A DNA stretch of 59,229 nucleotides from a virus (lineage: Duplodnaviria > Caudoviricetes): positions 1 to 59,229 of IMG/VR virus record IMGVR_UViG_3300045303_000229. One strand, 5' to 3'. The notes beneath the pieces were generated by a model. It was not told the origin of the DNA. It saw only the letters and a list, made by a program, of their open reading frames with translations, and did not search any database. Position numbers and translations under genes: made by a program. Positions 19,449 through 28,718 of this stretch are shown here, piece by piece; the stretch's first letter is position 1; every line of letters begins with the position of its first letter.

Positions 19449-21436
19449 GACGGCTCCGAAGCAAGGCGCTTCTTGATCTTCGCGATCGCATCTTCGATCT
19501 TCGCCGCGATCCGTTCGCGTCTGGCGACCCCAACATCGTGGTGCTCGGCGAGTTCACGTAGCTCCATGTGCAGCGTGTTCGCCTCGGACAGCGCGGCCTC
19601 AACGTCAAGCACAAGCTGTGCGCTCACCACCATCTGTCCAGGCGCAAGGGCGACGTGCTCTACCACTTTACGCCCGAACCCAGGCGACATCGCAGCCATC
19701 TCTTGCCACGTGGGTCGACTTGCATCGGCGATCTCTATCGCCCGATCCACCGTCTTGCTCCAGTCCTCGTCTCGGAGATGTCCGCCACCTGCCAGCCGGG
19801 CGCGATGGTAGCGCTCGCGGCTCACGGCGTTCCTTCCGCGCACCGGAGCGCAAGCTGCTCCCACGGATCATCAGAGAAGAACTGGCAGTCGCATTCAGTG
19901 CAGTCTCCGTTACCCCACCAATCATGGCTCAGACGTGAGTGGTTGCAGGTACAAAAGCGCTCGGTGCGCTTTAGCGAGTCGCGATCGACGACGAACACGC
20001 GATTGCTTCGTCCAGCGTTGAGATCGCGCTCTACGTCCCGAGCGAACCGCTCCCACGGATCAGGCGGAGCTGCGCGCTCGAGAAGCGAGTCACGCGGCTC
20101 GATGATCGCGATGCCAGTCATGCGCATCCTGCGCTCAAGCATCCAGTCGCGCATGATCCGGTCCATCGCGTGAACGGTGAGCGTGCGCGGTCGAGGCTTG
20201 ACCCAGCGGGTCGCATCGTCGCGCCACCACCGGACCGGTGTCGTCTTGCTCACAGCACTTCAACCCGCGCGGCCGGAGCCACGTCACCAAGCGCGTATCT
20301 GGCACCGGTCCAGAACCCGACCTCGAAGATCCGATCCAGCACCACGAGCGGCTCGGTAGGCCAACGCCCGTACGGAGCAGGCGGGTAGACCCGGAAGATC
20401 TGACCGGGCTCGAGATCCGAGCGCGTGATTTCGCTCATCCCGACACCTCGAACTCGGCCAAGTCCCGATAGGAATCCGGGTCTGGCAGCGTCGCCCTCCC
20501 GCCGAACCGCATCGGCGAGACACGACATGCCGGGCATGGACCGGGGCTCGGAAGCCCAACTCTCGAAGTTCGCATCTCGACACGGGCTCGCGATGCAAGT
20601 TCGCAGGCGTCATCGTCGCAACGGAACCAGACGTGATCTTTCGCATCCCCCATGTGTCAACGACTAGCACGAGGTTCTGACATGCGTCAACGGATCCACT
20701 GACCGCGTCGGCCTGCCGTGACTCCGAGGGCTGCAGCGCGAGCGCGGATCTCAGCGTCAGGACGTGGAGCAGGCTCTGGAGCAGGCGGCACCCAGTCGGG
20801 TTGGCGCTGCGTTCGTTGCTGGGCTCGGACCACAGCGGCCATCGCTGGGCCCATCAACTGCTCGAGCCCGATCCCGTAGCGCAGCTTGAGCACGAGCTCG
20901 GATTGCTCCTCGGGCAGGAGGTCACCGACCTCGTCCAGCTCGTTGGCGACCTTCGATCTCTGCACAGTGAACAGAGTACCCGACACCGACCCCATCCTGA
21001 GCTTCTGCTCTCGTGCCCCGCTGGTTCTCGCCCCACCCCGCTGCCTGTGCGATCTGAGATCCGGGCAAGGCCGGCCGCTGGCCTCCATTCGGAGTGGACC
21101 TTGAGCGAGGGGGGTGAAGTAGAGCCAGCACATCCTAAGAGGGGTGCGACACCGGTGGCTTGTCAAACTGACGCCGAAACAATAGCGGGCCTGCTAATCC
21201 GTTGGCGGAAACCACGACATCCATGTCACCTCAACATTCCAGGACGCCGGTCGATCCATCAAGCATGACCCCACGAGAGATCGCCGAGATCGTCTCCGCT
21301 GCTGCCCTCGCGACCCTGCGCCAGTTGCCCGGCGTGGATCCAGGAGACTGCCCTGCTCGCGTCCATCGCGATTGGGAATAACGCCGCGCAAGTGCTCGTT
21401 CTATCTCAGGAACCAGAGTAGGATGAAGAATGTCTG

Positions 21437-21465
21437 TTGACAAGCAGGCCAGCAGACTGCATATT
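21437..21465 (+). promoter_or_regulatory. sigma70 promoter, leaderless
   Basis: TTGACA-17-CATATT, then 6 nt to ATG 21472. Confidence 0.7.
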
Positions 21466-21471
21466 AGGTTC

Positions 21472-21591
21472 ATGAACAGCACGAACCTCCCCGCCTCGAC
21501 CCTCCGCAACCTGAACCGCTACCTCGCCCGCCTCGCAGAGTGCGACGCCGCAGTCGCCCGGGCGATGGCCACCGTAGCCGCCCGGAAATAG
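21472..21591 (+). CDS. 39-aa helical microprotein (not in ORF track)
   Basis: MNSTNLPASTLRNLNRYLARLAECDAAVARAMATVAARK, with a dedicated promoter and a downstream GC palindrome gggcgccggcgccc. Confidence 0.6.
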   Translation: MNSTNLPASTLRNLNRYLARLAECDAAVARAMATVAARK

Positions 21592-21611
21592 CCGGACGGG
21601 GCGCCGGCGCC

Positions 21612-21842
21612 CTACTGCGCCGGCAGCACGTCGGCCGGCGGTAGAAGCCAAGCCGGCTCCGACCACTGCATCACGCCGGTGCCGCGCGGCACGTTGATCA
21701 CGTCCAGCACGTCGATCTCCTGTGATGGGGGCTGCCAGATTAGCGCCTTGACGTCCAGGACGTCGCCTCCGCGATCGGTAGCGACGGCCGCGAGGATGTA
21801 CTGGTCGGCGAGACGGAGGAGCACGGGCGAGCCTACGAGCAT
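21612..21842 (-). CDS. Small hypothetical protein, paralogue of 21857-22171
   Basis: Shares VLLRLADQY.LAA...RG....QW.EP with the upstream ORF. Confidence 0.8.
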   Translation of the reverse strand: MLVGSPVLLRLADQYILAAVATDRGGDVLDVKALIWQPPSQEIDVLDVINVPRGTGVMQWSEPAWLLPPADVLPAQ

Positions 21843-21856
21843 GCTCCGAGATTACC

Positions 21857-22171
21857 TCAGTACCTGATGATCACCATCATCGGCTGAGGCGGAAGCGGTG
21901 GCATCGAGCTCGCGTGCATCAGGTTCGGCTTGACCTCGGCCAGCTTCGGGATCGCAGCGGCGACCGGCTCTGGTGTCGGATACGGTGGGGGCTCCGCCCA
22001 CTGGTCGACCTTGACGCCGCGCATCGCGTGCGGGATGTCGACGAGGCCGATCGTACCGTCGCCGAACAGTGCGAACGCGCGCAGATCGACATCGTCCGAC
22101 GTGTACTCGGCGGTGATCGCCGCGAGCGTGTATTGATCAGCCAAGCGCAGCAGCACGACCTGACCAATCAC
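21857..22171 (-). CDS. Small hypothetical protein, paralogue of 21612-21842
   Basis: Same motif, plus a Pro-rich tail. Confidence 0.8.
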   Translation of the reverse strand: MIGQVVLLRLADQYTLAAITAEYTSDDVDLRAFALFGDGTIGLVDIPHAMRGVKVDQWAEPPPYPTPEPVAAAIPKLAEVKPNLMHASSMPPLPPQPMMVIIRY

Positions 22172-22254
22172 GAGTCGCTCCGGTCAACCGCGAGGACGAT
22201 GCACCCGCCCAAGAAGATGAACGCCAGTGCGATCGCCACCTGGAGCTCGGCCAC
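22168..22254 (-). CDS. 28-aa single-TM micropeptide (not in ORF track)
   Basis: GTG start, MAELQVAIALAFIFLGGCIVLAVDRSDS. Fills the gap exactly and overlaps the next start by GTGA. Confidence 0.55.
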   Translation of the reverse strand: MAELQVAIALAFIFLGGCIVLAVDRSDS

Positions 22255-22257
22255 GGA

Positions 22258-23073
22258 TCACGCCCCGACGCCGATGGTCACCGGGATCAGGCGCTGAGTG
22301 GCTACGAGCTGAGCGCGGAGACCCTCGATCGTGTTGGTGTTGATCAGGGCACGGGTCTGCGACGACTCGGCGGTGATCAGCGCCTTGAGCTCGCAGCAGC
22401 ACTCCGCCTGTGCCGCGAGGATCGCTGCGCGGTCCGTGGCTGCGGTGAGCGCCGCAGCGGCAGCATTCTTGGTGGCCTCGACGGTGATCGCGTAGAAGTT
22501 CTTCGTGGCTTCGACGCTGAGCAGGTTTGCGTTCGTGGTCGCCTGCAAGCCGAGCGTCGCGACGTTCTTGGCTGCGTCGAGGGCGGTGCGGCCCTCGATC
22601 TGGTACGCGGTGGCCTGCGCATCTTTGAATCCGACCACCGTCGATGTGGCCGCATCCGAGACCTGCTTCTGGAGCGCCGCATAGACCGCCGCGACCTCGT
22701 CCGCGGTCTTGCACGCCGCGAGCGCGGCAGCCGTGAACCCGGTTGAGAGCGCGCCGGTTACGTCCTTGGTCGAGGCGCAGATCCGGTCAGCAGTCGAGCT
22801 GGTGCCTGCCTGAACGAGTTGGTCGGTGTGACAGGCCGTGCCCTGGACCAGGCGGTCCGTGACGCCAGCGGCGAGCGCGCCGGCCGCTCCAACGGTGTTG
22901 ATCCGATCGCCGTTGGCAACGCCATAGCGCTGGACCTCTGCGCTGAGTGCGCGAAAGTTGGCGTCGGTGCGGAGCTCGTCTTGGTGCCATCGATGGCCAC
23001 CATCATGGAGCTCACGGTGACCGGTTGAGTAGATGGATGGGGTGCTTCCGGGCTGAACGATGGTGGTTTCCAT
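22258..23073 (-). CDS. Ala/Thr-rich coiled-coil protein with AECCCELK motif
   Basis: 271 aa with quasi-repeats (EATKN.A). The C-terminal CCCE...TRALI....I..LR motif resembles uncharacterised viral proteins. Confidence 0.75.
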   Translation of the reverse strand: METTIVQPGSTPSIYSTGHRELHDGGHRWHQDELRTDANFRALSAEVQRYGVANGDRINTVGAAGALAAGVTDRLVQGTACHTDQLVQAGTSSTADRICASTKDVTGALSTGFTAAALAACKTADEVAAVYAALQKQVSDAATSTVVGFKDAQATAYQIEGRTALDAAKNVATLGLQATTNANLLSVEATKNFYAITVEATKNAAAAALTAATDRAAILAAQAECCCELKALITAESSQTRALINTNTIEGLRAQLVATQRLIPVTIGVGA

Positions 23074-23104
23074 GTCCGGCCACTGTGCTCGCGCACTTTG
23101 TGAC

Positions 23105-23136
23105 CGGGCCCACTACGGTTTCAGTCGGGCCCACTA
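23105..23136. repeat. 11-bp direct repeat with 21-bp period
   Basis: cgggcccacta at 23105-23115 and 23126-23136, upstream of the CCCE gene. Confidence 0.8.
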
Positions 23137-23225
23137 TCTGCGAGAGATGACGAGCGCGTGGTGGACCTGCCTCACGGTCGGAGTACAGGTAGGCGTTGTC
23201 GTGGCTGTGGAAGGAGAACCTAGCG

Positions 23226-23455
23226 CTTGGCCTCTGCCACAGCTGTAGTCGCGCGCTTGAACCGGAGCGTGAGACCAAGACCCGATGTCGCCGATGCGCA
23301 CGTGCCGCTGCAAAGGCAGAGGCCTTACGCCGGGCCAAGGCGAGGAAAGGAACGGCGCTCTCCTCTACATGATCGGCTAGCAGGTCCCCGTCATGCTTGA
23401 GCTATCCAGTGCTAGACCTGCCACCGGAATCGGATTTTCACCGAAATCTCCGTTC
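23226..23455 (-). ncRNA. Putative structured non-coding RNA(s)
   Basis: 10-bp perfect stem 23229-23238/23315-23324 extended by GCAGC/GCUGU, a gcaggtc/gacctgc stem at ~23380-23421 and a T-arm-like hairpin at ~23425-23452. No convincing ORF. Confidence 0.45.
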
Positions 23456-23459
23456 TTAG

Positions 23460-23531
23460 TTGCGGCACTTGGAGTTGCACCAAGACATTCCAGGTTATGA
23501 GCCTGGCCGGCTACTCGAGCCACATACCGCG
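23460..23531 (-). tRNA. tRNA-Met(CAT), initiator-like, degenerate
   Basis: CGCGGTA/TGCCGCA acceptor with C1:A72 mismatch, CCAGG-CTCATAA-CCTGG anticodon arm, CTTGG-TGCAACT-CCAAG T arm. CCA is not encoded. Confidence 0.8.
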
Positions 23532-24075
23532 AGTTAAGTCCGTACCGATGTCTGACGCGGATGTCAAGCATCTCGGTACCCCGGCAGGGCGGTGAGCGCG
23601 GCGGTCAGGTTGCGGCGCGGTATCGAGCGGCGTGGTGGCGGGTAGGTCGACCACATGGCCACGGTGCCGCGCTGCAATAGGTTCCCCTCAATCTCCTGGT
23701 GGATCTCGTCGAGTCTACGACTTGATGCCTCGAACTGCGCCCTGGTGATGGACCAGGCCTCGTCCGCCACCGGTCGGTCAACGCCAGCTAATATCCGGTA
23801 ACCCTCGTAGAGTTGACTCCGTGTGATGTGGAAATTCAAGGATTTATTAGTCTTCACCCACGGGGCCCATTGCCCGATCGCGCGATCATGCGCGACAAGC
23901 GCCACAGCTAACCCACTGGGACAGTTCCATAACCTCGACCACGACGTTCTCCGTCTCGAGGTCATCCGCACCCACTTCGCCTCGACCTCTGGCATCTCGA
24001 GATTGGCCTCACATTCCCGCCCGCACGCGCGAAAATCAGCGGCCATGCGCAACTGGTCCCAGGTCGCTGACTGGC

Positions 24076-24705
24076 TCACGGGATCAGCATGCAGGTGTAC
24101 CCGCCTGCGTCGTGGCGCTCGCACCAGTACGCCGAGCACCAGGTGCTGTTTGCGAGGTCGATCACGCACAATCCACGAACGAACCTCGGGGTTCCATCCG
24201 CCAGATCCCAATCGACCGTGCACATGTATGTGCCATCTGGCTGGGTCCCGCAGTCCACGGACGACGCCGCCGGCCGTTGCCCTAGCACGAGACCGGCCCG
24301 TCGAGCCGCGTTGCTCGCCGCGTTGAGCGTGGCCTGACTACGCGTCCCATCACCTGGGTGACAGAGCGCATCGGGGTCCGCCAGCGGCTCGCCGCCCGGC
24401 GCGATCGGGTCGGAGATGCATGGGTCGTCTCCACCGCCAGCGACGGCCTCGCCCGGCTGGACTGGGATCAGGATCGAGCAGGTGCACCCCGTTCGTGGGT
24501 TGCAGCAGCAGACCCCGCCGTTGACGATCGCGCAGCACAGGCCGTCTTCGCAGGCAACTAGGTTGGGATCAACTCCTCCGAGGAAATCATCAAGCATCGA
24601 CGCGGCGATCGCAAAGTCCTCCCTCTTGTTCGGGTCATTCTCTCCCTGGGTTGATGGCTGCACACACGAACACACCATCACGAGCAATGTTGCGAATTTT
24701 CTCAT
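24076..24705 (-). CDS. Cys-rich secreted protein / lipoprotein
   Basis: MRKFATLLVMVCSC lipobox-like signal and a CCAIVNGGVCCCNPRTGCTC cluster. Own promoter-like TTGCAC...TATGGT 7 nt before the ATG. Confidence 0.7.
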   Translation of the reverse strand: MRKFATLLVMVCSCVQPSTQGENDPNKREDFAIAASMLDDFLGGVDPNLVACEDGLCCAIVNGGVCCCNPRTGCTCSILIPVQPGEAVAGGGDDPCISDPIAPGGEPLADPDALCHPGDGTRSQATLNAASNAARRAGLVLGQRPAASSVDCGTQPDGTYMCTVDWDLADGTPRFVRGLCVIDLANSTWCSAYWCERHDAGGYTCMLIP

Positions 24706-25818
24706 CGTTGACACCATACGCTTGTCCCATTCTGGTGCAAGACCGCACCGCCAGTACAGTGTAGCAATCCGGATACAGGTTCTGGTCCGACCAGATTGCG
24801 CCTGAGCTTCGCATCCTCGAGGTCATCCTGCGGTCGACCGAGAACCGGGGCGATCAGGTACGAGCCGTCTGGTCTAGCCCTGGTCATGTACCAGCCCGTG
24901 GGTGCGCGCAGATGCTGGCAGTGCACCACGCAGCACCACACCACGAGCATGACGACGAGTAGACGCGGAGTCACTTCCATACCTCACGCCAAGCCTGCTC
25001 GCTCTGCAGCCTAGCGTTGATCACGTCGATGACCCGAGCTAGAGCACTGTTGATCCGGGATGGAGATTCGGGCGCTCTCTCCGAGACCTCCGGAAGCAAC
25101 CGAGCCCGAGCCGCGATCTGAACGCGCTCCCTACGATTCGCCGCGTGGCGTTGACGCTTGATGCGCTTGGCACGATCAGGGTTCTTTGGCTGGCTCGCAG
25201 CGGAATCTTGACCGAAGCGCCAGCACCACTCCTCGTGAGCGCCTGCTCCTTGGCAGCATTTCCTCGTCTCGACATCTACCGGCATCACCGCTTCCTCCCC
25301 AACTCGAGCGCGACGTCGAAGTAGGCGTCGCTCTCGGCGGTCCTGCGAGACATCCCACCATCGAGCTCGCGAATCGCAACGCGCTCCTCCCAGAACTCGA
25401 GCACCTCCTCGTACGGGCGACCGACGTTCCGGGCGATCGCGCGCAGCTTGCCCTCGTTCATCTCCATCCTTCGCGTAGCAGCCCTTCCGCCGCCGCATAA
25501 CAAAGCTGGCGCTCCTCGTCGTCGACGCACCATCCTCTGGGCTCCGGTTGCACGAGCGCGCGCGTCGCGAGCAATCTAGCGGCTATCGTGAAACCAGGGA
25601 CCGACCACACGCCGAACTCCCACGTCGGTTGGCACGCCAGGATCGACAGCAGCTCCATCGCTTGTGCAGCGATCGTCTCGTTCATGGCCAGCTCTCATCG
25701 TCGCAGTCGCATCCGCAACCATCATCGTCTCGGTCCTCTTCTCGGCGAAGCGCGCCATGCCAGACCGCGATAGCAACCATGATCGCGAACGCCCAGCAGA
25801 GGAAGAACTCACTGAGCG

Positions 25819-25992
25819 TCATGTCGTCACCAACGCCAACTGAAACCAGGCGCTCATGCTCAGGTTCCCGTGCTCTGCCAGGGCCTGGACCTTCCGGTAC
25901 TCACCCTCGGTGAGCCAGACCGTGACTCCTCGGGAGCGCTTGGTCTCCGGGTCACTCAGCGGGCGACCGATCCGTGGCTTGCGCTTGACCAT
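25819..25992 (-). CDS. Ribbon-helix-helix (CopG/Arc-like) regulator, 57 aa (not in ORF track)
   Basis: MVKRKPRIGRP...RGVTVWLTEGEYRKVQALAEHGNLSMSAWFQLAL. Confidence 0.7.
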   Translation of the reverse strand: MVKRKPRIGRPLSDPETKRSRGVTVWLTEGEYRKVQALAEHGNLSMSAWFQLALVTT

Positions 25993-25993
25993 C

Positions 25994-26275
25994 TTAGAAA
26001 TCCCGGTTCATCGCGTCGTCCATCGACAGTTTACCCGCCGACACCGCTCGCGCGATCTCATCCTCACCGAGCACCGAAGCAACAGCGCCCGCCGCTGCCG
26101 CCGTACGCTGCGCATCGGTGACGTCGACGCGGCGCGCTGCCAGAGCCCGCGAGCATCCAGCCACGTGCTTGATCCTGGCAGCCTCGACCGTCTTACCTCG
26201 GCCAGTCTGGATGCACTCGAGGCACCGGAACTTGAATCCGTAGAGCGCGTCCGTGGTGACCGAGTAGTTGTCCAT
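25994..26275 (-). CDS. Hypothetical protein with CxxC...HxxxC motif
   Basis: ORF starts 6 nt after a strong -10 element. Confidence 0.7.
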   Translation of the reverse strand: MDNYSVTTDALYGFKFRCLECIQTGRGKTVEAARIKHVAGCSRALAARRVDVTDAQRTAAAAGAVASVLGEDEIARAVSAGKLSMDDAMNRDF

Positions 26276-26281
26276 GTCGTT

Positions 26282-26310
26282 ACCCTAATCTCAAACCTAC
26301 CTGATGTCAA
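26282..26310 (-). promoter_or_regulatory. sigma70 promoter, leaderless
   Basis: TTGACA-17-TAGGGT-6 nt-ATG. Confidence 0.75.
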
Positions 26311-26666
26311 CACCTCGATGCGCGAAAGTCAGTTCACGCCGTCCGCCAGCGGCTCACGCCCTGGGGGTAGGCATCGGCAAGCGTGGCCGGTGGCTAGGCA
26401 GGTAGCCTCGGGTGCGACCTGGCGTGCTGCTGTAGCTCGCGCCAAGCACGGTTTGCCGCGTCCACGGCAAGGTGGAAGGCAACGTCTAGCTCCTCATTGC
26501 ACTTGGCGACACGGTCGCGAGCATCTCTTGAGTTAGGGTCTCCGCGTCTCCCGGGCAGCACTTCGTGCTTCGAACTGCGCTCGGCGGACGCCGTTTCGAC
26601 TGCTGCAATAGCCGCACGGTACGCAGCCACCAAGCGCAGTGTAGTTTTCTCGTCTTCGGTCATGGC

Positions 26667-26948
26667 CTACTCCGCGTCGTGCTTGCAGGTCCAGCAGTCG
26701 GTTGGCTTGGTGTAGCCCTCGACGCTCCCACAACTGCAGCCGGTGCGCTTGTTCTCGTACCGTCGAGCTGACGACCGGTTTGACGCCGCCGAGCTCGCCT
26801 GACCTGGAGCAGACTTGGGAGCGCACCACGTGTGGGTCGCGCATCCCGATCCCCAGAATTCGATCTGCGATCCGACGCTCAGGTTATGCCCGCAGCCAGC
26901 GCACCGACCGGGGTACTTCGCGACCATCCTGCGGGGAGCGGCAGACAT
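26667..26948 (-). CDS. Small double zinc-ribbon protein
   Basis: AKYPGRCAGCG...I...H..C and CSCG...CWTC. Confidence 0.7.
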   Translation of the reverse strand: MSAAPRRMVAKYPGRCAGCGHNLSVGSQIEFWGSGCATHTWCAPKSAPGQASSAASNRSSARRYENKRTGCSCGSVEGYTKPTDCWTCKHDAE

Positions 26949-27130
26949 CAGACCAGCTCCACGGTCGCGAGGCCGTTGGCGTCCACCGTGACGTAGCAGG
27001 CTGCGGTGCCGCGGACACCGCCGTCGAGCTCGTAGTCCTTGCCGCAGACCCGGATGAGCCAGCCGGACATCGTCCCATGGTACTTGCCGGCGGGGAGTTC
27101 GTGGGCGCTGACGATCTTGAAGTTGTTCAT
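26948..27130 (-). CDS. 60-aa hypothetical protein, first gene after a sigma54-type promoter
   Basis: MNNFKIVSAHEL..., coupled to the next ORF. Confidence 0.65.
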   Translation of the reverse strand: MNNFKIVSAHELPAGKYHGTMSGWLIRVCGKDYELDGGVRGTAACYVTVDANGLATVELV

Positions 27131-27143
27131 GGTCCTATGTACT

Positions 27144-27158
27144 GCTTCCCGCGTGCCA
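27144..27158 (-). promoter_or_regulatory. sigma54-type (-24/-12) promoter
   Basis: TGGCACG-CGGG-AA-GC (GG-N10-GC), 13 nt before ATG 27130. Confidence 0.65.
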
Positions 27159-27204
27159 GGTCGTAGACACGCCAACCTGTTACGTGGCTGGTTCCGGATT
27201 GCCT

Positions 27205-27261
27205 GGTCCGGAGTGTGGTGCTGTCGGCACACCCTGGATATGGGGCGCCACACTCCGGACC
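27205..27261. repeat. 17-bp inverted repeat (candidate enhancer / hairpin)
   Basis: ggtccggagtgtggtgc (27205-27221) and gcgccacactccggacc (27245-27261), one mismatch. Confidence 0.85.
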
Positions 27262-27264
27262 GGA

Positions 27265-27369
27265 TGGTGCCTCGGGCTGGGATCGAACCAGCGTCTCGCT
27301 CGACGTCGAGATGAAGCAGCGACGTCATGAACCAAGTGAGCGCGTCCTTCCGGGCTGGACGACCGAGGC
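27265..27369 (-). ncRNA. tRNA-like RNA with a 36-nt expanded anticodon loop
   Basis: GCCTCGG/CCGAGGC acceptor plus ACCA, GTCC/GGAC D stem, CGCTC/GAGCG anticodon stem, GCTGG-TTCGATC-CCAGC T arm. 105 nt in total. Confidence 0.85.
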
Positions 27370-28160
27370 AGAGGCGGCGGCATAGCGCCGCCAGACTTCA
27401 CAGCGAGCGTCCATCCCCCGGCACATAGCCGGCCGTCGTCTCCGGCATCGAGAACCGCATCATCACGCCCGGCTCCGGCTGAAACTCGACCCGCCATCCT
27501 GCGAGGATGTACCTGTCAGCGACCGCAGCCATGCTCTGGACTTGCCAACCGGCCCGCGTGCTCTTCATCTCGAGTATCCCAGCCCGAAGGTTCCGATCGA
27601 TGTGCTCCTCGATGTCCTTCTGTTCGCTCTTGGTCACGACCGTGTCTTGGTACTGTTTCGGTGTAAACATTTGAATTCCCTTGATTACCGGAAGTTGATC
27701 CCGCCGGAGCCCGAGGACCGGATCGGCGGACAAAGAAGCCAGCGCTCAGGCTGGAAGGCGCCCCAGGAGAACCCAGAGCGCAGAGAGGACGACGGCAGCC
27801 CAGATCCCAACGCTGCCCCAGGACGCTCCTCTTGCCCTCCAGCGCATCGGGAGCGCCACATGGCGGTGCTTGGGCGGGGTGGGCGCCTGACGCGCCACAG
27901 GGCGAGATAGGTGCCGAATCGCAGGCCTGTCGGTGAGCGTGAGGCGATGCCGTCGAACGCCGACGGATGGCAGGATGATCATGACTCGACTCCCTCTGCG
28001 TCAACGAGCAACCTGCCCCACCGTGTCTCGTCGAGCACCATGAACCCGTCGGCCGTCTTCACGGCGGACTGGCCTAGGTTCCTGATCAGCCACCTGAATC
28101 CTGAAGAAGTTGCACAGGTGACATGTGTAACGCGCTGAGTCCTGATGCGGGATGCCATGA

Positions 28161-28487
28161 CTACACCTCCACCGAGCGGGCGATCGCGCCGTCGGGGCGC
28201 GTGGTGTCGGTGGCGCGGATACTCTCGAGCGCGTACTCGGTGAATCGAGACTCGGGGATCTCGCAGCGCACCGCGTTGAAGTAGGTCCACTCCTCGACAA
28301 CCGACCCGATGCGCTCCATCGCCCACTCCTCGCCCTCGAGAGCTGCGGTGCATAGGTGGACGAAAGCGAAACTACTGTTGCAGCCGGGGTACCACGACTC
28401 GTCTCTGCCGACGTCGGCGTTGTTGGTCGTGACGTGCTCCATGGCGAAGCTGCGGAGCGACTCGATGGCGGCGTTCGTGTTGGTCAT
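28161..28487 (-). CDS. Hypothetical protein
   Basis: 108 aa behind a leaderless promoter. Confidence 0.7.
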   Translation of the reverse strand: MTNTNAAIESLRSFAMEHVTTNNADVGRDESWYPGCNSSFAFVHLCTAALEGEEWAMERIGSVVEEWTYFNAVRCEIPESRFTEYALESIRATDTTRPDGAIARSVEV

Positions 28488-28493
28488 GCGATA

Positions 28494-28522
28494 ACTCTAC
28501 TCACGAAAGTCGGAGTTGTCAA
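28494..28522 (-). promoter_or_regulatory. sigma70 promoter, leaderless
   Basis: TTGACA-17-TAGAGT-6 nt-ATG. Spacer nearly identical to the 34315-34343 promoter. Confidence 0.78.
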
Positions 28523-28718
28523 CAGGATAATTTAGTGAGCGCATCCTATCCCTCACCGAGGTGCGGATGAATCCCGAGCGCGTCTCACCGGCGCGTGCAG
28601 CTGCACGATCCAGGGCGATCAGTTCGCTCGGGCTCAGGTTCGTCGCTGCGCACAGCGTGCGCGGCTCGCGACCATTCTTTAGCCTGCCTGCTACCGGCAG
28701 GCGAGGTCGCCCGGCCAT
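28497..28718 (-). CDS. Ribbon-helix-helix (CopG-like) regulator
   Basis: GRP N-terminus and TNLSPSELIALDRAAARAGETRSGFIR. Confidence 0.75.
   Translation of the reverse strand: MAGRPRLPVAGRLKNGREPRTLCAATNLSPSELIALDRAAARAGETRSGFIRTSVRDRMRSLNYPVDNSDFRE

Noticed and set aside
23377-23455. Second or permuted tRNA gene
   Set aside because: T-arm-like and D-loop-like pieces exist, but I could not form matching acceptor and anticodon stems.
27265-27300. tRNA 3' fragment as an attP core
   Set aside because: The 5' half is also present and pairs perfectly, so it is a whole tRNA-like gene. No integrase was found.
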